From positions 16,368,001-16,432,000 of the forward strand of contig JBHGNT010000010.1 of assembly GCA_043228905.1 (NCBI GenBank): 64,000 nt of DNA, read 5' to 3'. Below are positions 47,875 to 61,098 of this stretch, piece by piece (within the stretch, counting starts at the first letter, position 1; each line of letters opens with the position of its first letter). The translations under genes were made by a program, and so were the position numbers. The notes under the pieces were generated by a model. It ran no database searches and was not told where the DNA came from. It saw nothing but the letters and a program-made list of their open reading frames with translations. This stretch comes from Azolla caroliniana. Its lineage: Eukaryota > Plantae > Polypodiophyta.

Positions 47875-49989
47875 TAAACATATAAAATAAACATATTCAT
47901 GCTTGTTGTCCATAACTTCTTGATGCTCATATTTTGTTGTATTCCATAAATCGTCGTCTCATTGAATGTACATAATGCATGAAAATGGAACAAGGTCGAA
48001 TGAGACACATTTAGAACTCAAGAGGTCATAGTAAGTGATCTAGCCAATGGACATAGGGCCAAGTTATGTAATTAAAAATTTACATATTTCAAAATTATGA
48101 TAAGGAAACAAACATTATGATGTTATACATGGAAGTAAACAATGGTATAAACAAGTAACATTAACATATTCATGCTTACAAAGTCATGTCATTTATAACC
48201 AAATAAACCAGTTTTTGAATGTTAGATGTTACATAATATATTAGACAATTATAACACGTCAATATTGTAGCAAAATTTAAGTTTGACTGACTATTTGTTC
48301 AATATCACGTATTTAGATAAGTTGGTGTACATAGTCAACGTTGGCTCTAAGATCGTTTTGCAACCCTACCTTCCTCGTTCAAGACAATTGTGCACCTTGT
48401 GATCTCTTTTTGTCTAATATAAATATTTAGTAGCACATTTTCATTTAAAATTAACTAATCAACAATTTGCACCCGTCAATTGTTGCTATGTTAACATTGA
48501 GCATAAAATACGAGACAATGACCATTTATAACATGGAGCAATAAAAAATAACAATGTTGCCTTGAAATACAATGTTGAAGACAACCATGTTCATGATTTT
48601 AGAAAATCCTAAGAAATTGAGCATCTAGTATAAATGCATGCATGAGATAAGTTTCTTCACTCTGGATTGTCATATATGTGTTAGAAGTTCTTACACCAAT
48701 AAGTTGAGGAATAGTATGGCAAAAGCAATTGCGGTTATATGTAGCATTCAATTTACTACAAAATATGAATATTTAACAAGAATAATGTTTAGTGGGCCAT
48801 ACTTAATGGTTTTGCAATAAGTTGTCGTGTTATAGACAATAACACTACAAACAATTGTATCTCATTATATTGATCTCGTGAGCATAAAGCTGATTCATTA
48901 TAATTTCAGAGAATCAAGACTTATAGGAAGCTACCATGTAAATAAAAATACGACACAAAGAAATATAGTAGAAACATAACCTAAAATATTTGGTAGCCAA
49001 ATTGGAAGTCAACTATCCCAGAGTCATTTTGCTTTTGTTTTCTTGTGAGGAAAACTTATCAAAGTTCAAATATGTCGGAATCATGATGTCATCCAAAAGG
49101 TTATCTAAGCGGAAGTTCATAAGGTGCTATAGGGAGGCAGAGACTCTAAAATATACTTGATGACATATGTATGTGCACATACTCTCGCTCCCTCTAGTGT
49201 ATATTATATTAATTGTATGTAAAATCCACTTGTTACAAACTTAGTGCTTGTCAATGTGTAAACCCTAAACACACACCATACACACACTTTTGTGTTGAAG
49301 AAAGACATACACTAGTGTCGCCAAATGTTTTCTTTTCCTCGCATTGACCAATACAATGATAATGCCATTTGTTATGAGTACGTCATTGGTTATGTACTCG
49401 TAGATGCGAGAGACTCTTAGGTGAATCGAAGAGTTTCATTAAGCCATTTGAACATTGAAAGGTACTACAAGAGGAACACTATCTTGATTCTTAAGTGAAG
49501 GAAGAAGAATAAGAAAAATCATACATATATGATATATATATATATACATACATACATACATATATATTATAATGGAAATAACGCTTTCCATTATAATATA
49601 TATGTATGTATGTATATATATATATATATTGTGGTGTACCTTCATATATATGTACTAAAAGAGGTCCTTAAAAAGGAGATCTAAAAGCTATGCAACCAAT
49701 GAATAGAATTATATATAGAGAGTGGACAGTCAACCATGTTATTAGATTACCCCACAATATGAACTTTTGAAAAGAACCAATCCAATTGCCACTGGTTCTG
49801 GATCTAAGAGGGCAAGACAGAAGGATCAAGATCTGCATCCATCCATGTTTGTTTGTTTGCTTAAGTTGGAAATGATCTAAGATCAGAAACCCTTCTAAGA
49901 TTCAAGTGTTGTTTGTATGAATTGAGAGGAATCAATCACTACCCATAACACAAACAAACAAACAAACATATATATATATAGTGAATCAA

Positions 49990-52868
49990 ATGGATCTAGG
50001 GGGAGATAATCGGGTGGCTCATCTTCACACCGACTTAGCGAGGCTGAAAAGGAGAGTGAACCGATCGCATTGTGTTGTTGCTGCTCTCCTTGTAGCCATA
50101 GTTGTTCTCTTCGTGTCCTTTGTCGCGATCGCGGTGTCCCAAGGAAAAGCCATCGAGAGTCTGAAAGCTCGGCAGGGCCTCCTTCCGAACCCGAATGTTA
50201 CATTCGCGACCCGTGCGGGCGACCGTAATGTGGATGATCTCACCTATGGCGGTAGCCTCTTTAGGGGAAGTGGCTTTTGGGCACCCAAAAAATCACTTCC
50301 TGGTATATTTGCTATATGTCAATTTATGACTTTTATTGTATGTCCTAAAGTTTGATTCATTTTTGGCCTTTATATCCAGGATAATTTTTCATTAGCTTTC
50401 ATACAGATTTAGATTGTGCTTATTATTATTATATATAGTGTTTTCATCAATTGTGTGTTTTATGTTGGGGCTTTGCTCTGCTTTTTTAGATATAGGGGAA
50501 GTGGCTTTTGGGCACCCAAGAAATCACTTTCTGGTATATATGCTATATGTATACACACACACACACACACACCATTTGTGACTTTTATTGTATATCCTAA
50601 AGTTTGATTCATTTTTGGCCTAAATGTATTGGATATTTTTCATGAGCTTTCATAGAGATTTAGATTGTCCTTTCTTTTTTTTAAATATAGGGTTTTCATC
50701 AATTGTGTGCTTTATGTTGGGGATTTGCTTTACGTTTTTATATATAGGGCTGCTATTCTATGTAGGTAGGCCATGGTTAAGTGTGCATTTTATTTACAGG
50801 GCTAAGCCTTGATTAAGTTGAGCTTTCATAGAGGGATTGGTGATCAATTGTGCTTTTATATATACAAGATTACATTTTTTTTGTTGTGTTTAAACATAGG
50901 GCTTAACCAATTAGATCAAGTTGTGCTTTTATAGTGGGTTAGATTTCGCTTTTGTGTAGGGCTTGATCATTATCTTCCCCATTAAGAGCATTATGTCTCT
51001 TATAAGTATTCCAAAGGCTCAATTTAGCATCTTAATCTCATAATTCTTTCTTTCTTTTGGTTGTTTCGTTGTTAGGCCCATTGACCGACCATTCGGCGAT
51101 CGGTTACAATGATGTGGTTTTCATACTAGGAGGTGCCGATGAGAATGGGACCGTGCTTGATACCGTTTGGAAATATGACTCGGTTTTTCATAACTACACT
51201 CTGATGGCATCTATGCCCCAACCTCGATATCGCTTTGGTGCAACTATAATTAACAGTAAGATTTTTATCCCTTTTTTTATATGTCATTTGCTTACATGAT
51301 TTTCATAAATATGGTAATATAGTTTGTGATATTAATATGTTGACACAATCGGTTCGATCCAATTGCTCACCTTCAATACATCATGATCGTAATTTCATGG
51401 TAAGTTAGTTTATTAGCATGCATGGGCTACTAGAATATGTAATCCCACTCAACCTCAATAGAGGCTTAGGTAAACATAATAAGGGATCAAAGGTTGATTG
51501 CCAATGCAATAAATTGGCCATGTGACAATTATCATTAAGTCAATTTCAACGAATTTATGAATCATCTCATTTAATCTAAAGAAACCATAATATTGCATAG
51601 AACAGAATCATATTGGTGAATGTATAGAGGTTAATGATGGATTTCAAATGATTGAAGGTACAATCTATGTGGTGGGTGGTAGAAATGTTTCTGATGACAA
51701 CACAACTATAACAAACAATGGAATTGTAAAATCAACATTCATTTATGATATCAACACAAATACATGGAAAGTTGGGGCAGATGCGCTAGATTTCCAAGGG
51801 GACACGTGTGCCGCTTCATTAGATGGAAAGGTGAAAGATTATGACATGCTCAAGGAAGCTTTTCTAAGTAGGAATCAAATCTAACAAGTTTGATGAAATT
51901 TGTTTTAGGTTTTTATGATTGGAGGTTATGGGCTTGACTATGCTTACTTGAACACTACATCGGTGTATGACCCTATTGCAAACACATGGGCACATTCAAC
52001 GGAAATGCCGACTGCACGGGGAGATCTCATGTGTGTTGCATTGAATGGAGAAATCTACGTGTTAGGTGGTTACGTTGTGAGTGGATATATGAAGTATAAA
52101 CTATTTATTGATTTGCCAAACCATATTAAATCCTAGTGTTATTACAATTTCAAGTTTAATATCAATAGTAAAAACATTTTAACATTCCTTTATTAGGATG
52201 GTGGGGGTGCGAATGCATTTTCATCAAAGATGGAGTCTTATAATCATGTAACTAAAAAATGGACAACAAGACCGGATCTCTTGACAGCACGTGGCGATGC
52301 GGTAAGCCACCTCCATGCATGACCTTGCTTGCACATTCATATAATATGTACATAATGTGGTGTTATATGCACGCATATAACAAGTAATATGTAACATTAT
52401 TCAACTTATAATGCCTACAATTATGAAATGATAGGGCATTGCAGTTTTAGAAGGTGAAAGGATCATGCTCATAGGTGGGGAAGGGCATTATCGCAATAGC
52501 GATGCATACAAATATCCCAAGCATGTGAATGAGGTAGTTCTCTTCATAGTGTCTATAGTTTGCTCACTACAAACAAAATAAATTATGTATTCATTGTTCC
52601 TTTGTGCAATTCATAGGTTTATTATGTATCAGATCAAACATGGGTGCAAAAGGCTATGATTCCCACTGCACGTTTTCGGACAGCTGCAGCAACAGCAGGA
52701 GGTCTCACATTTGTTCTAGGTGGAGCTGATGTTTGTATAGACTTATCGATTTGTCCAGCACTAGACCAAAACGAGGTTTTCCTAGATGTTGACCATCCAC
52801 ATGTGTATATTTATCTTAAAAATGAGGCTTACAATGATAATGCTGCATTAACCACATACCCCTTATAA
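49990..52868 (+). CDS. Type II membrane-anchored kelch-repeat protein, 429 aa. Exons 49990-50302, 51076-51255, 51658-51830, 51909-52076, 52197-52301, 52435-52533, 52617-52868
   Basis: Exons sum to 1290 nt in frame. A basic segment precedes the hydrophobic helix VVAALLVAIVVLFVSFVAIAV. Six kelch GG motifs (FILGG, YVVGG, FMIGG, YVLGG, MLIGG, FVLGG) with YD..W..MP..R elements. Confidence 0.88.
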
Positions 52869-55800
52869 AAGCTAATAAGATGGCCTATATCATCAAATAA
52901 TTATTTGGGGGTAACTTGATGTTACTGAATAGTGTCTATTTTACAATAGAATACAAGAGCTTGATTGTTAACTAGAGTGTGAATAGAGACATTCTACCCA
53001 TAGTGAAACACATCCACAACAACACATTTTGACTTAATAACATGAATCTGAAAATATTCCAAGAAAAAACCAATGAAGATTTGTCTAATTTCATGACAAC
53101 CATATTATACTTTCTATAATCTTAAGGGAACTTTGTTCCTTCCTTTCTCTCAACTTTGAAATAAGAATACAAATCATCCAATGACTATCGTACCAACAAC
53201 TCAACAAACCTTGTATCTGCATGCAACAAACCAACTACATACTTAAGATCTCGTCAAACACAAATAACAGTAATGTATCAACTCAAGGTGTGCAACGCTG
53301 AGTGCATCTCTTAATCTTGGTAAGTGTTATGCCTCCATACCAAGGTCATGTTCCGGGACGAGATCATCATGTACCCTATTGTTAGTGACAAAGGTAGGAG
53401 CCTTATCAATAATATCTAAGATTACTAGTTTTATAGTTGAGCTCTCAAGACGAACCTCTCTCAAGTATCTCACCACAGTCACCTAATTGACAAACAATTT
53501 AATTAACTTATGCTTTTAACAGAATACATACAACTTATAAACTAAGCGAAATATAACTTGAGAAAAACCAAAACATTAACCAAGGAAACAAAGTTCATAG
53601 AAGAGATTATTCAAAAGCATAATATTATGCAATTATTTTAAATTTTTAGTAGAATCAGAGGTAGAGAGGGTTTAAAGAAGCTCAATTTTAGATGATGACA
53701 AGAACCTTTGAGAGGAGTTAACTCATTAACGTTTATACCTCCTTACCACTTGGGTGCATTTTTTAACCCTTTACACTGGGCAAATACAACATGTTTCTAG
53801 GTTTTCAAAGCACTATTCCGTCTATCACATGCCAATGCCTTTGTTCATGTAGGTAAATATTAGCATTGATACAAATGATGGGTGCTTCACCTTATACCTC
53901 GGCATAATAACATGCCTACCTAAGTGCATCATGTCACTAGTTATCCAACGAGCTATAGTCTAGCTAAGTGGTACCTAAGGGGTGGAGAGGAGGAATGATT
54001 CGTGGGAAAAAAATGGTATATTGTGTCAGGTGGGGAGAGTGAAGTGTGTGGGGATAGGTGGAAGTGAAAAGGTAGAATGTCACAAAAATGTGTGATGACA
54101 ATGTGGATATAGTATTGGGGGAGGTGGGTGTGGTTGGGGTTATAGGATGATTGAGGATGGTGGTGGAAGATCACTAATCATCTCCACACTTTGTCAATGC
54201 TGAGTTTTGGGTGTAGGAGTGGGTCAACATGTTTGTTGACGTTGAACTCAAGATCAAATCTATAAGCATTCGAATCAAAAGGTGTGACAAGTCTTAGAAG
54301 ATAAATTATAAGGATCGGGGCAACATATTTGCCATTGATAATATTGATTATCCATTCACCCAATTCAATTTGGCCAAAATTCCTAAAGTACATATACAAG
54401 TTCAAAATGGTTGACATAGTTGCTATGAAAATATGCATGTGCATTTGAATGTTGAGCAAGACCATCAACGGACATGAACTAGATAAGACGTGTCTTCAAT
54501 GAATATGTATGTCTAACTGGGAGCTCTTAGAGTTTTTCCTTTGAGAATATAGGTTGGGAAGAGTGCATGAGAATGATAGCCACTTTCAGGATATGAGTGT
54601 GCGAATATGCACTTGCTTATTGTGTTTTTGTGCATGTGTACTACTTGGATGTGTTTTATGTGTGCCAATGCACGTAAGTGTTTATGCAAATGTATAATAT
54701 TATAATGTGTGTGTATGTACATGTATGTCGGTAAAAGAAAAGTTATGAACTGTGCGAAAGTTTGTTCATTTTCTTTAATGTGCATATAAGTATGAAGCTA
54801 TTGATAGAGTGAACTCCTCTCTCCAGTATGCCGACCCACACTCCTTGAAAGTCGTATAAAAAACCTAAGTCATCTGCCCTGGTGGATAAACCGAAACTAA
54901 AAATGGCCAGCCTACAACCGGACCATTGGGAGGAGAACCGGCAACTAGTCGTAGCTCCCGCCAAAACTGTTGTGATCATCATGGACACGGCCTTGTCCTT
55001 AATAGGGAACCTGGAGCAAGGGCAACCTTCCTAGTTCTCAGAGGAGGAAGTAATGACCTTCAAGGACTTGCCCGCCGAGTCCTACAAGCTCGGCGTGATC
55101 TTACGACATGGCACAACGTACGAGTTAATCAAGTTCCTCGCTCGCCTCCAAGTTGTTGCCACGACACGTATGGCTCAAGACCATGCCGAACAACAGATGA
55201 TCCTTACTGTGCCTTCCTACGCAACCACAGTTCCTTGACCCGATTACTCAGGAAAGTAATTGAAGGTGTATCTCCGAAGGAAGAGACAACAAAATAAAAT
55301 AGAGTAAGGGTGAGTTAGTATCTAGCAATGAAGAGAGTTTATGATAGTGAAAAGAGAATACAACATAGAAAGGCCTAGGAGTGAAAGGAATGTTGTACAA
55401 CAAAATGAGAGTCTAGTAGTGAAGAGAGCTACTAGCAGTGGAGCAAGAAACTAGTGATAAAGAGACTTAGTGTTGAAATGAGAGTCTAGGAGTAAACAAT
55501 TCCATGTCAAATCAAGAGTCTAGTGGTGTCACGGACACACCAACGGCAACTATGACAAAGCACAAATGACGAGGCTACAATCGATAAGGCTACGAATGTA
55601 GAATTAGAAGTGACGATGCTAGGAATTCTAGAAGTTGTGAGTGATAAGACTATGAACTTAGGAAGCTATGGAGAGCATGAAGACAGAGATGAAGAAGGAG
55701 ACACGATGGAATGAAATGGGAATTCTAGATTCATGTGTCAAATGACTGGTGTTGAATCCCTTGAAAGGGACCAAGGAGGTTACAAGTATTTATACTATGA

Positions 55801-58800
55801 GCTAAAGTATGTGCATTAGAATATTCTGGAGAATATTCTAGAACCCTCTAGAGCCTTCTAGTTTTAGAAATTTGTAGAGGTATATGAATAGAGAGTATTT
55901 CTAGATCAACTACATTATATACAAATACATGCCCATGCCAAAATGGTTGAGCATCACATCTTGTTGACATGAGGTTGCAAGTTCAATCCTTACCAACTAT
56001 ATATTTTATGTCATTGTATCATGACAAGTGGTGCGTACAACTAGGAGTGACAAGAACCAACATTGAAATGAGATCCTTGTGATGAAACTAGAGACTAGGA
56101 GTGAAGAGAGTGCATAGTGAAGAGAGGCGTCAAGAGGTCCTAACGTTGAAACCAGAGTCTAATAGTGAAGACATCTCGTGGTGAGCGTGAAGTAGTAAAG
56201 AGAGCTAGGAATGATGAAAGTTGGGAACAAAGAGGGTTGGCAACGAAATGAGAATCAAGGGGTCAATAGATCTGGGAACCACACCTAGAACCGACAAGGC
56301 TAGGAATGATGCAGAACTACCAAGCTAGACATCTCTCGTGATTTAGAACCCCCATGGTTCTATCACAATTTCACACATGTATGTGTTTATCACAAAATAT
56401 AACCACCCATCAAGTCCAATTGGATGCTCTTTGCTATGACATATACCTTGCACTTATCAATGCTAACTTGGAGAAGAAACATAATGATTCTATTAGGGAT
56501 TTTGGTCCCTAAAGTCATTTGCATTGTGAACATGCACACCTTCCAATCATAAAGAAGGAAAAATGGAATGCATAACTAGTAACATTCCTTTGTGGGCAAA
56601 AGTTTGGAGTATTTAGAACTTCGCATGAGTACATTTCATCTATGCCAAATAAATTCAAGTGTTACGATGAGCACGATGAGCACGATGAGTTTGAAATATC
56701 TTTGTGGAATGCTTCTAAGTTCTAAACATAGCCTCTCTACTTCCCAATTGTGTGACAAAATACGTAAGCTATGACTAGAACATATGGAGATTTAGGAACA
56801 AGCCATCAAAAGGCTTTGCACAATCAAATGATAGTACAAGAAATATAAGTTAATGAACCACTAATTATAATATGAATGGACATATATGGGCTGGAATCAC
56901 TTAGGCCATAGGTCAAGATCATGGATGGAATAATGAGTCACCATGATGCATTCATTGTGAACACAATGAGTGCGCCCAAAATTTATCCCAACACTAGAAA
57001 TTACCAAATGAATCAATAACTATGTAGCATTAGAACATCTTCAACTTTTCAAACTAACAAGCTCCACTAATTGCTTCTCGTGTAGACATGTGCACCTACT
57101 TGGACAGTTTGGATGTTTTATTGATGACCCATAAGTCAATGGGCGGAGGAGAAATAGATCATGAATTTCCAACAATGGTCTTATGTTTAAGCACATTGTT
57201 TATAATGTTCATGTGATGAGTTGAGGTATATTTTTAGTCCATTATTGATTGGGATATATTTTACATGTTTTTGCGGTCCACAATTTTGCTACCTTATCCA
57301 AAGGGCATGCAAATTTATAGTGTTTCCTGAAAATATGGATTTACCAAGTCTAGGATTTTATCTTCTCCAAGAACATTTAAACTTGTAATTTCTCATTAGA
57401 AGATGCTTTTACACCAAGGGATCTTATCTTATCCACTCACTCACAAATTTATAGTTTCTCCTTAAAAGATGGTTTTTGCACCCAGAGTTGCTAAATTTTG
57501 TTTTATGAGAAAACAAACAGAAATGAACTTTGTTGTATAATATTGTTAAAATAGCCATTTCAATGTAGGAGTTGTTTCAAACTTCCACTTCAAATGCATA
57601 ATTTAATGTAGGAAGTGTTCAAAAGATCTAAAACAAAATCTTATTGAAATAGATATTTAGTCATTTCTACACAAGCTTATAAAAAGTAGGCCTTCACTTT
57701 TCCTTGCCTTTTCTTGTCTTCATGCAATAGTAATGCCATAAGTGCAGGGAGTCAAGACTTGGAACATTGAGATTCCTGATGGAAACATCGTATATGACCA
57801 AAAGAAACCACTCAAGGCCAAATCTGAGAATTAAAGTTAAAATTATATCCACAAAATCGAAACAATATCTTGCATGGACGCGTAAGATATATGAAATATC
57901 ATTCTCACTAGTAACTTGAGAGATTAACCAAATGATATTATGGCTAGGAACATATTTTCTACATTACATGATGCACAAACCTCCCTCTTCACAAGTGGGT
58001 TGTTTACTGTCATGTCATGCATCGTTCCAACTTGTTTCTTTGTAAACTTCGAAATTGATGACACTCTCCCAATTAATTGATACCTAAGTGGAACTTAATG
58101 TGCACATAAGGTTAGACTCTAACACTTTAAACCAATAATTGTTGCCCCACAAAAAAAAAGTTATCTTCTTGGGATCATCATCTTGTTCAAACGCTAACCT
58201 TTAATAGGCCAATTAGCTAGACAGTGTGTTTGGTAATCAAGCTTCTAAAAATTAAAATCACCTAAGCAAAAGTGTGATGTAATGCTTCTAAGATCACGTT
58301 CACGTAATACCACATAAAAGAAAGGTACATAATGTTAGTACATGCATTTTTAACTTTCACATGGTGGGGAAGGCGCTTCACAATTTCATTCACACATGGT
58401 TGCAAAGAGACTGGAAATGGATTCCTCGAATCTGTTGGCCTAGAAGGGAAAAACAAATGTTCAATAGTTGCTTAAAGACGTGTATGATTTATCTTTCATA
58501 ATTATCTACACAAACTCGGGTAGTAGAAAAAGCGATATTTTTCTCTCTCGTGAACATGTGCATTGGAGGAATCCATTTCAAGGACATCGAAAAGGCAAGT
58601 AAATATGGTAGCACAATATGATTTCCTTTTGTCTCATGCAAACTGAAACAAAAAACAATAAACCTCTCTTTCTAGGTAGGCACGCATGCATGATGTGCTT
58701 AGATGGGTATATTGTCTTCTTGTTCGAAAAAGGAGGTTGAGAAGGTAAAAAGAGAGTGCATTAACAAAACCACAACACAATTCATAGATATTTTATGCGT

Positions 58801-58827
58801 TTCTTCTTTAATCATTGTTCTTATGCA

Positions 58828-59998
58828 TAGCAATGGGCTTGGTTCGGTTTCTTGGCCTTAAAACCAAACCAAACCATTTATTCATAATAAAAACCAAACC
58901 AAACTGTTTAAAATTTATGAAGCCATTTAAACTGAACTATTTAGAGCCAAACCGTTTAAAAAATAGGAGAAACCAAATCGTTTACAGAAAATATAGAACC
59001 AAACCATTTTTTATTAATATTGATCATCATACTTATTATAAATTTGTGTGAGAAAATCATCATACTTATAAATTTTGTCATCATACTTATTATAAATTTG
59101 GTCATTATTCTTATCATAAATTTGGTCATCATACTTATCATAAATTTGATCATCATACTTATCATAAATTTGATCATCATAAATGAAAAGGAGACTCTAT
59201 ATATAATGCATATAAAATTTAATAAGTTAAAATTAGGGTTTAAAATTAAAAGTTGAAAGTTAGAGCCTAAAAGTATTTTATTTTATTTTTTTCCAAAAAA
59301 CCACTACTTCGCATTAGTTAGCAAATAGAATACAACAAAGTTTGTCTAAATCCACAATGGGATCAACATATACAACTTGGAGAAACAACAAAAAAACTAT
59401 CAAACAAAAACAACAAAAAAACTCAGCCAATCCTTAACTCAAGCAAAATTGAAATAAACCCTATTTTACCCCGACTCTACAGCTCCCAACTAACTCTTTT
59501 CTAACAACATTATCCGGGTAACATGACTATACTAATGCACGTTTGTGTCAGCTATACATACATAATTACAACCCATGTACAATAATGGGAGCCATCGGTG
59601 GAAACAACCACCTAGGTGATTGGTAATTCCACTTAGGCCTCGATGAAGATTTGATTAGCATGGGAGAGCTACATTTCAACAAGAACTTTGACCTTGCCCT
59701 TTCTGCTTCTTCTGAATCCCCTTGAAACGAATCATACCGACCGCACAACCAAGCCACAAGATCAAACCATATATTTAACATCATCTCCCCGCATGAGAGC
59801 TTTTGCTGTTGAAAAACAATCTTACAACGCCTGATCCAGATGTGCCAGGCCGTCAACCTATAAACCTTTAAACCAAACCAAACCGATTAGTAACATTTGA
59901 AACCAAATTAGACTGTTTATTTATCTTCGAACCTATAAACCATTAAGCCACGATTTAACGATTTGGTTAGGTTTGAGCCGGAACCGAGCCCATTGCTA
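58828..59998. mobile_element. Non-autonomous hAT-type DNA transposon upstream of the COR27-like gene
   Basis: 8-bp TSD CTTATGCA (58820-58827 and 59999-60006); TIRs TAGCAATGGGCTTGGTTC / GAACCGAGCCCATTGCTA; subterminal AAACC repeats; 24-bp minisatellite at 59020-59181. Confidence 0.92.
59270..59860 (-). mobile_element. 5'-truncated LINE 3' end nested in the hAT element
   Basis: ORF 59566-59856 WHIWIRRC..KWNYQSPRWLFPP. Its 3' end resembles the copy at 47325-47874. Confidence 0.85.
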
Positions 59999-60619
59999 CT
60001 TATGCAAGAGGGACGATCTAGGCATTATATTGTTCATACGAGGACAACAAACAATTAGCAAGGAATTTGGTAGAGATCCATAGGTACCCCCCCAATGGTT
60101 GTGTCGGAGAGGGGGAGGTGAGGACCAAGCACAACTAAAGACCAAAATATGGGGGGCCACGTACTGAATGGCACATTCGTACGGGGGGGGGAGTGTTTTT
60201 TTGTTTAGGTCGGTCATAAGAGGGGGTGAAAGGAAAGTGACAGAGAGGACAAAAGCAAATGGGGCGCCCAGGTGGGCGGACATAACCAATCGGGATAGGA
60301 TCACTAGATGAATCAATAACAATAATCAAGTAGCCGCGAAACAACCCGCCCATCCATCCAATATTAGGCTCATTAAGAAGAAGAAGAAAAATAAAGAAGA
60401 ATATTGGGGCCATAAGTTATAACAAAGAAGAAGAATAGTTCCAAGCAATAAATTACTAATTAAATTGATTGATTACTTTTTTTTTTGATGGAATTATTTC
60501 ATTTCATTTCTTCTTCTTGTTTTGTCTCACGGCGGTCGATGCGTTGGATGGATGAGGTATCTTCTTTGCTCTTTTCTTCTTCTTCTTTTACTTTTTGTGT
60601 TTTGACACTTTCGCGCGCT

Positions 60620-60910
60620 TTTTCCGACGTGGCATCTGCCACGTGTGAACCCGCGAAAATATCTGCCATTCATAGAAAGCAAATAAATAAATAAATAATA
60701 ATAAGTTAAAAATAGCCAAAAAAAAAACAAACAAACAACTATAAAAGAGTAACTGAAAGTGCGAGAGGGCGGAAGATATTTTGTTTCGCTTCCTGCCGAA
60801 TCGGATGGCGCCACGTGGATGGAGCCACGTCGGCCGTCCACGTGGACCCGGGGGGGCAGGGGGACCCTCTAAAGCGATGCCACGTGGGACGAGCCTCGCC
60901 ACGTCAGCGC
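60620..60910 (+). promoter_or_regulatory. Cluster of evening elements, G-boxes/ABREs and DRE cores
   Basis: AAAATATCT at 60656-60664 and its reverse at 60774-60782. CACGTG at 60640, 60812, 60839 and 60881. ACGTGGC/GCCACGT at 60627, 60824 and 60898. CCGAC cores at 60624 and 60829 (reverse). Confidence 0.85.
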
Positions 60911-61098
60911 CCCTCCCTGTGGAAAGAAGCTCTGTTTTTTCTTTTCTTTTATTTGTCTGCAGATGCCCCTGCGCTCGACGAAGAAGAAGAAGAAGAAGAA
61001 GAAGAAGGTAGTCTTCCAAAACAGAAAGAGACTCACAAATCTCTTTCTTCTTTTTTTCTTCTGCGCCATTCCATATCTTTCTTGGTCCAAGAAAAGCC

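Noticed and set aside
56400-58700. Possible decayed transposase or pol remnants
   Set aside because: No motif could be read with confidence, so the region is left unannotated.
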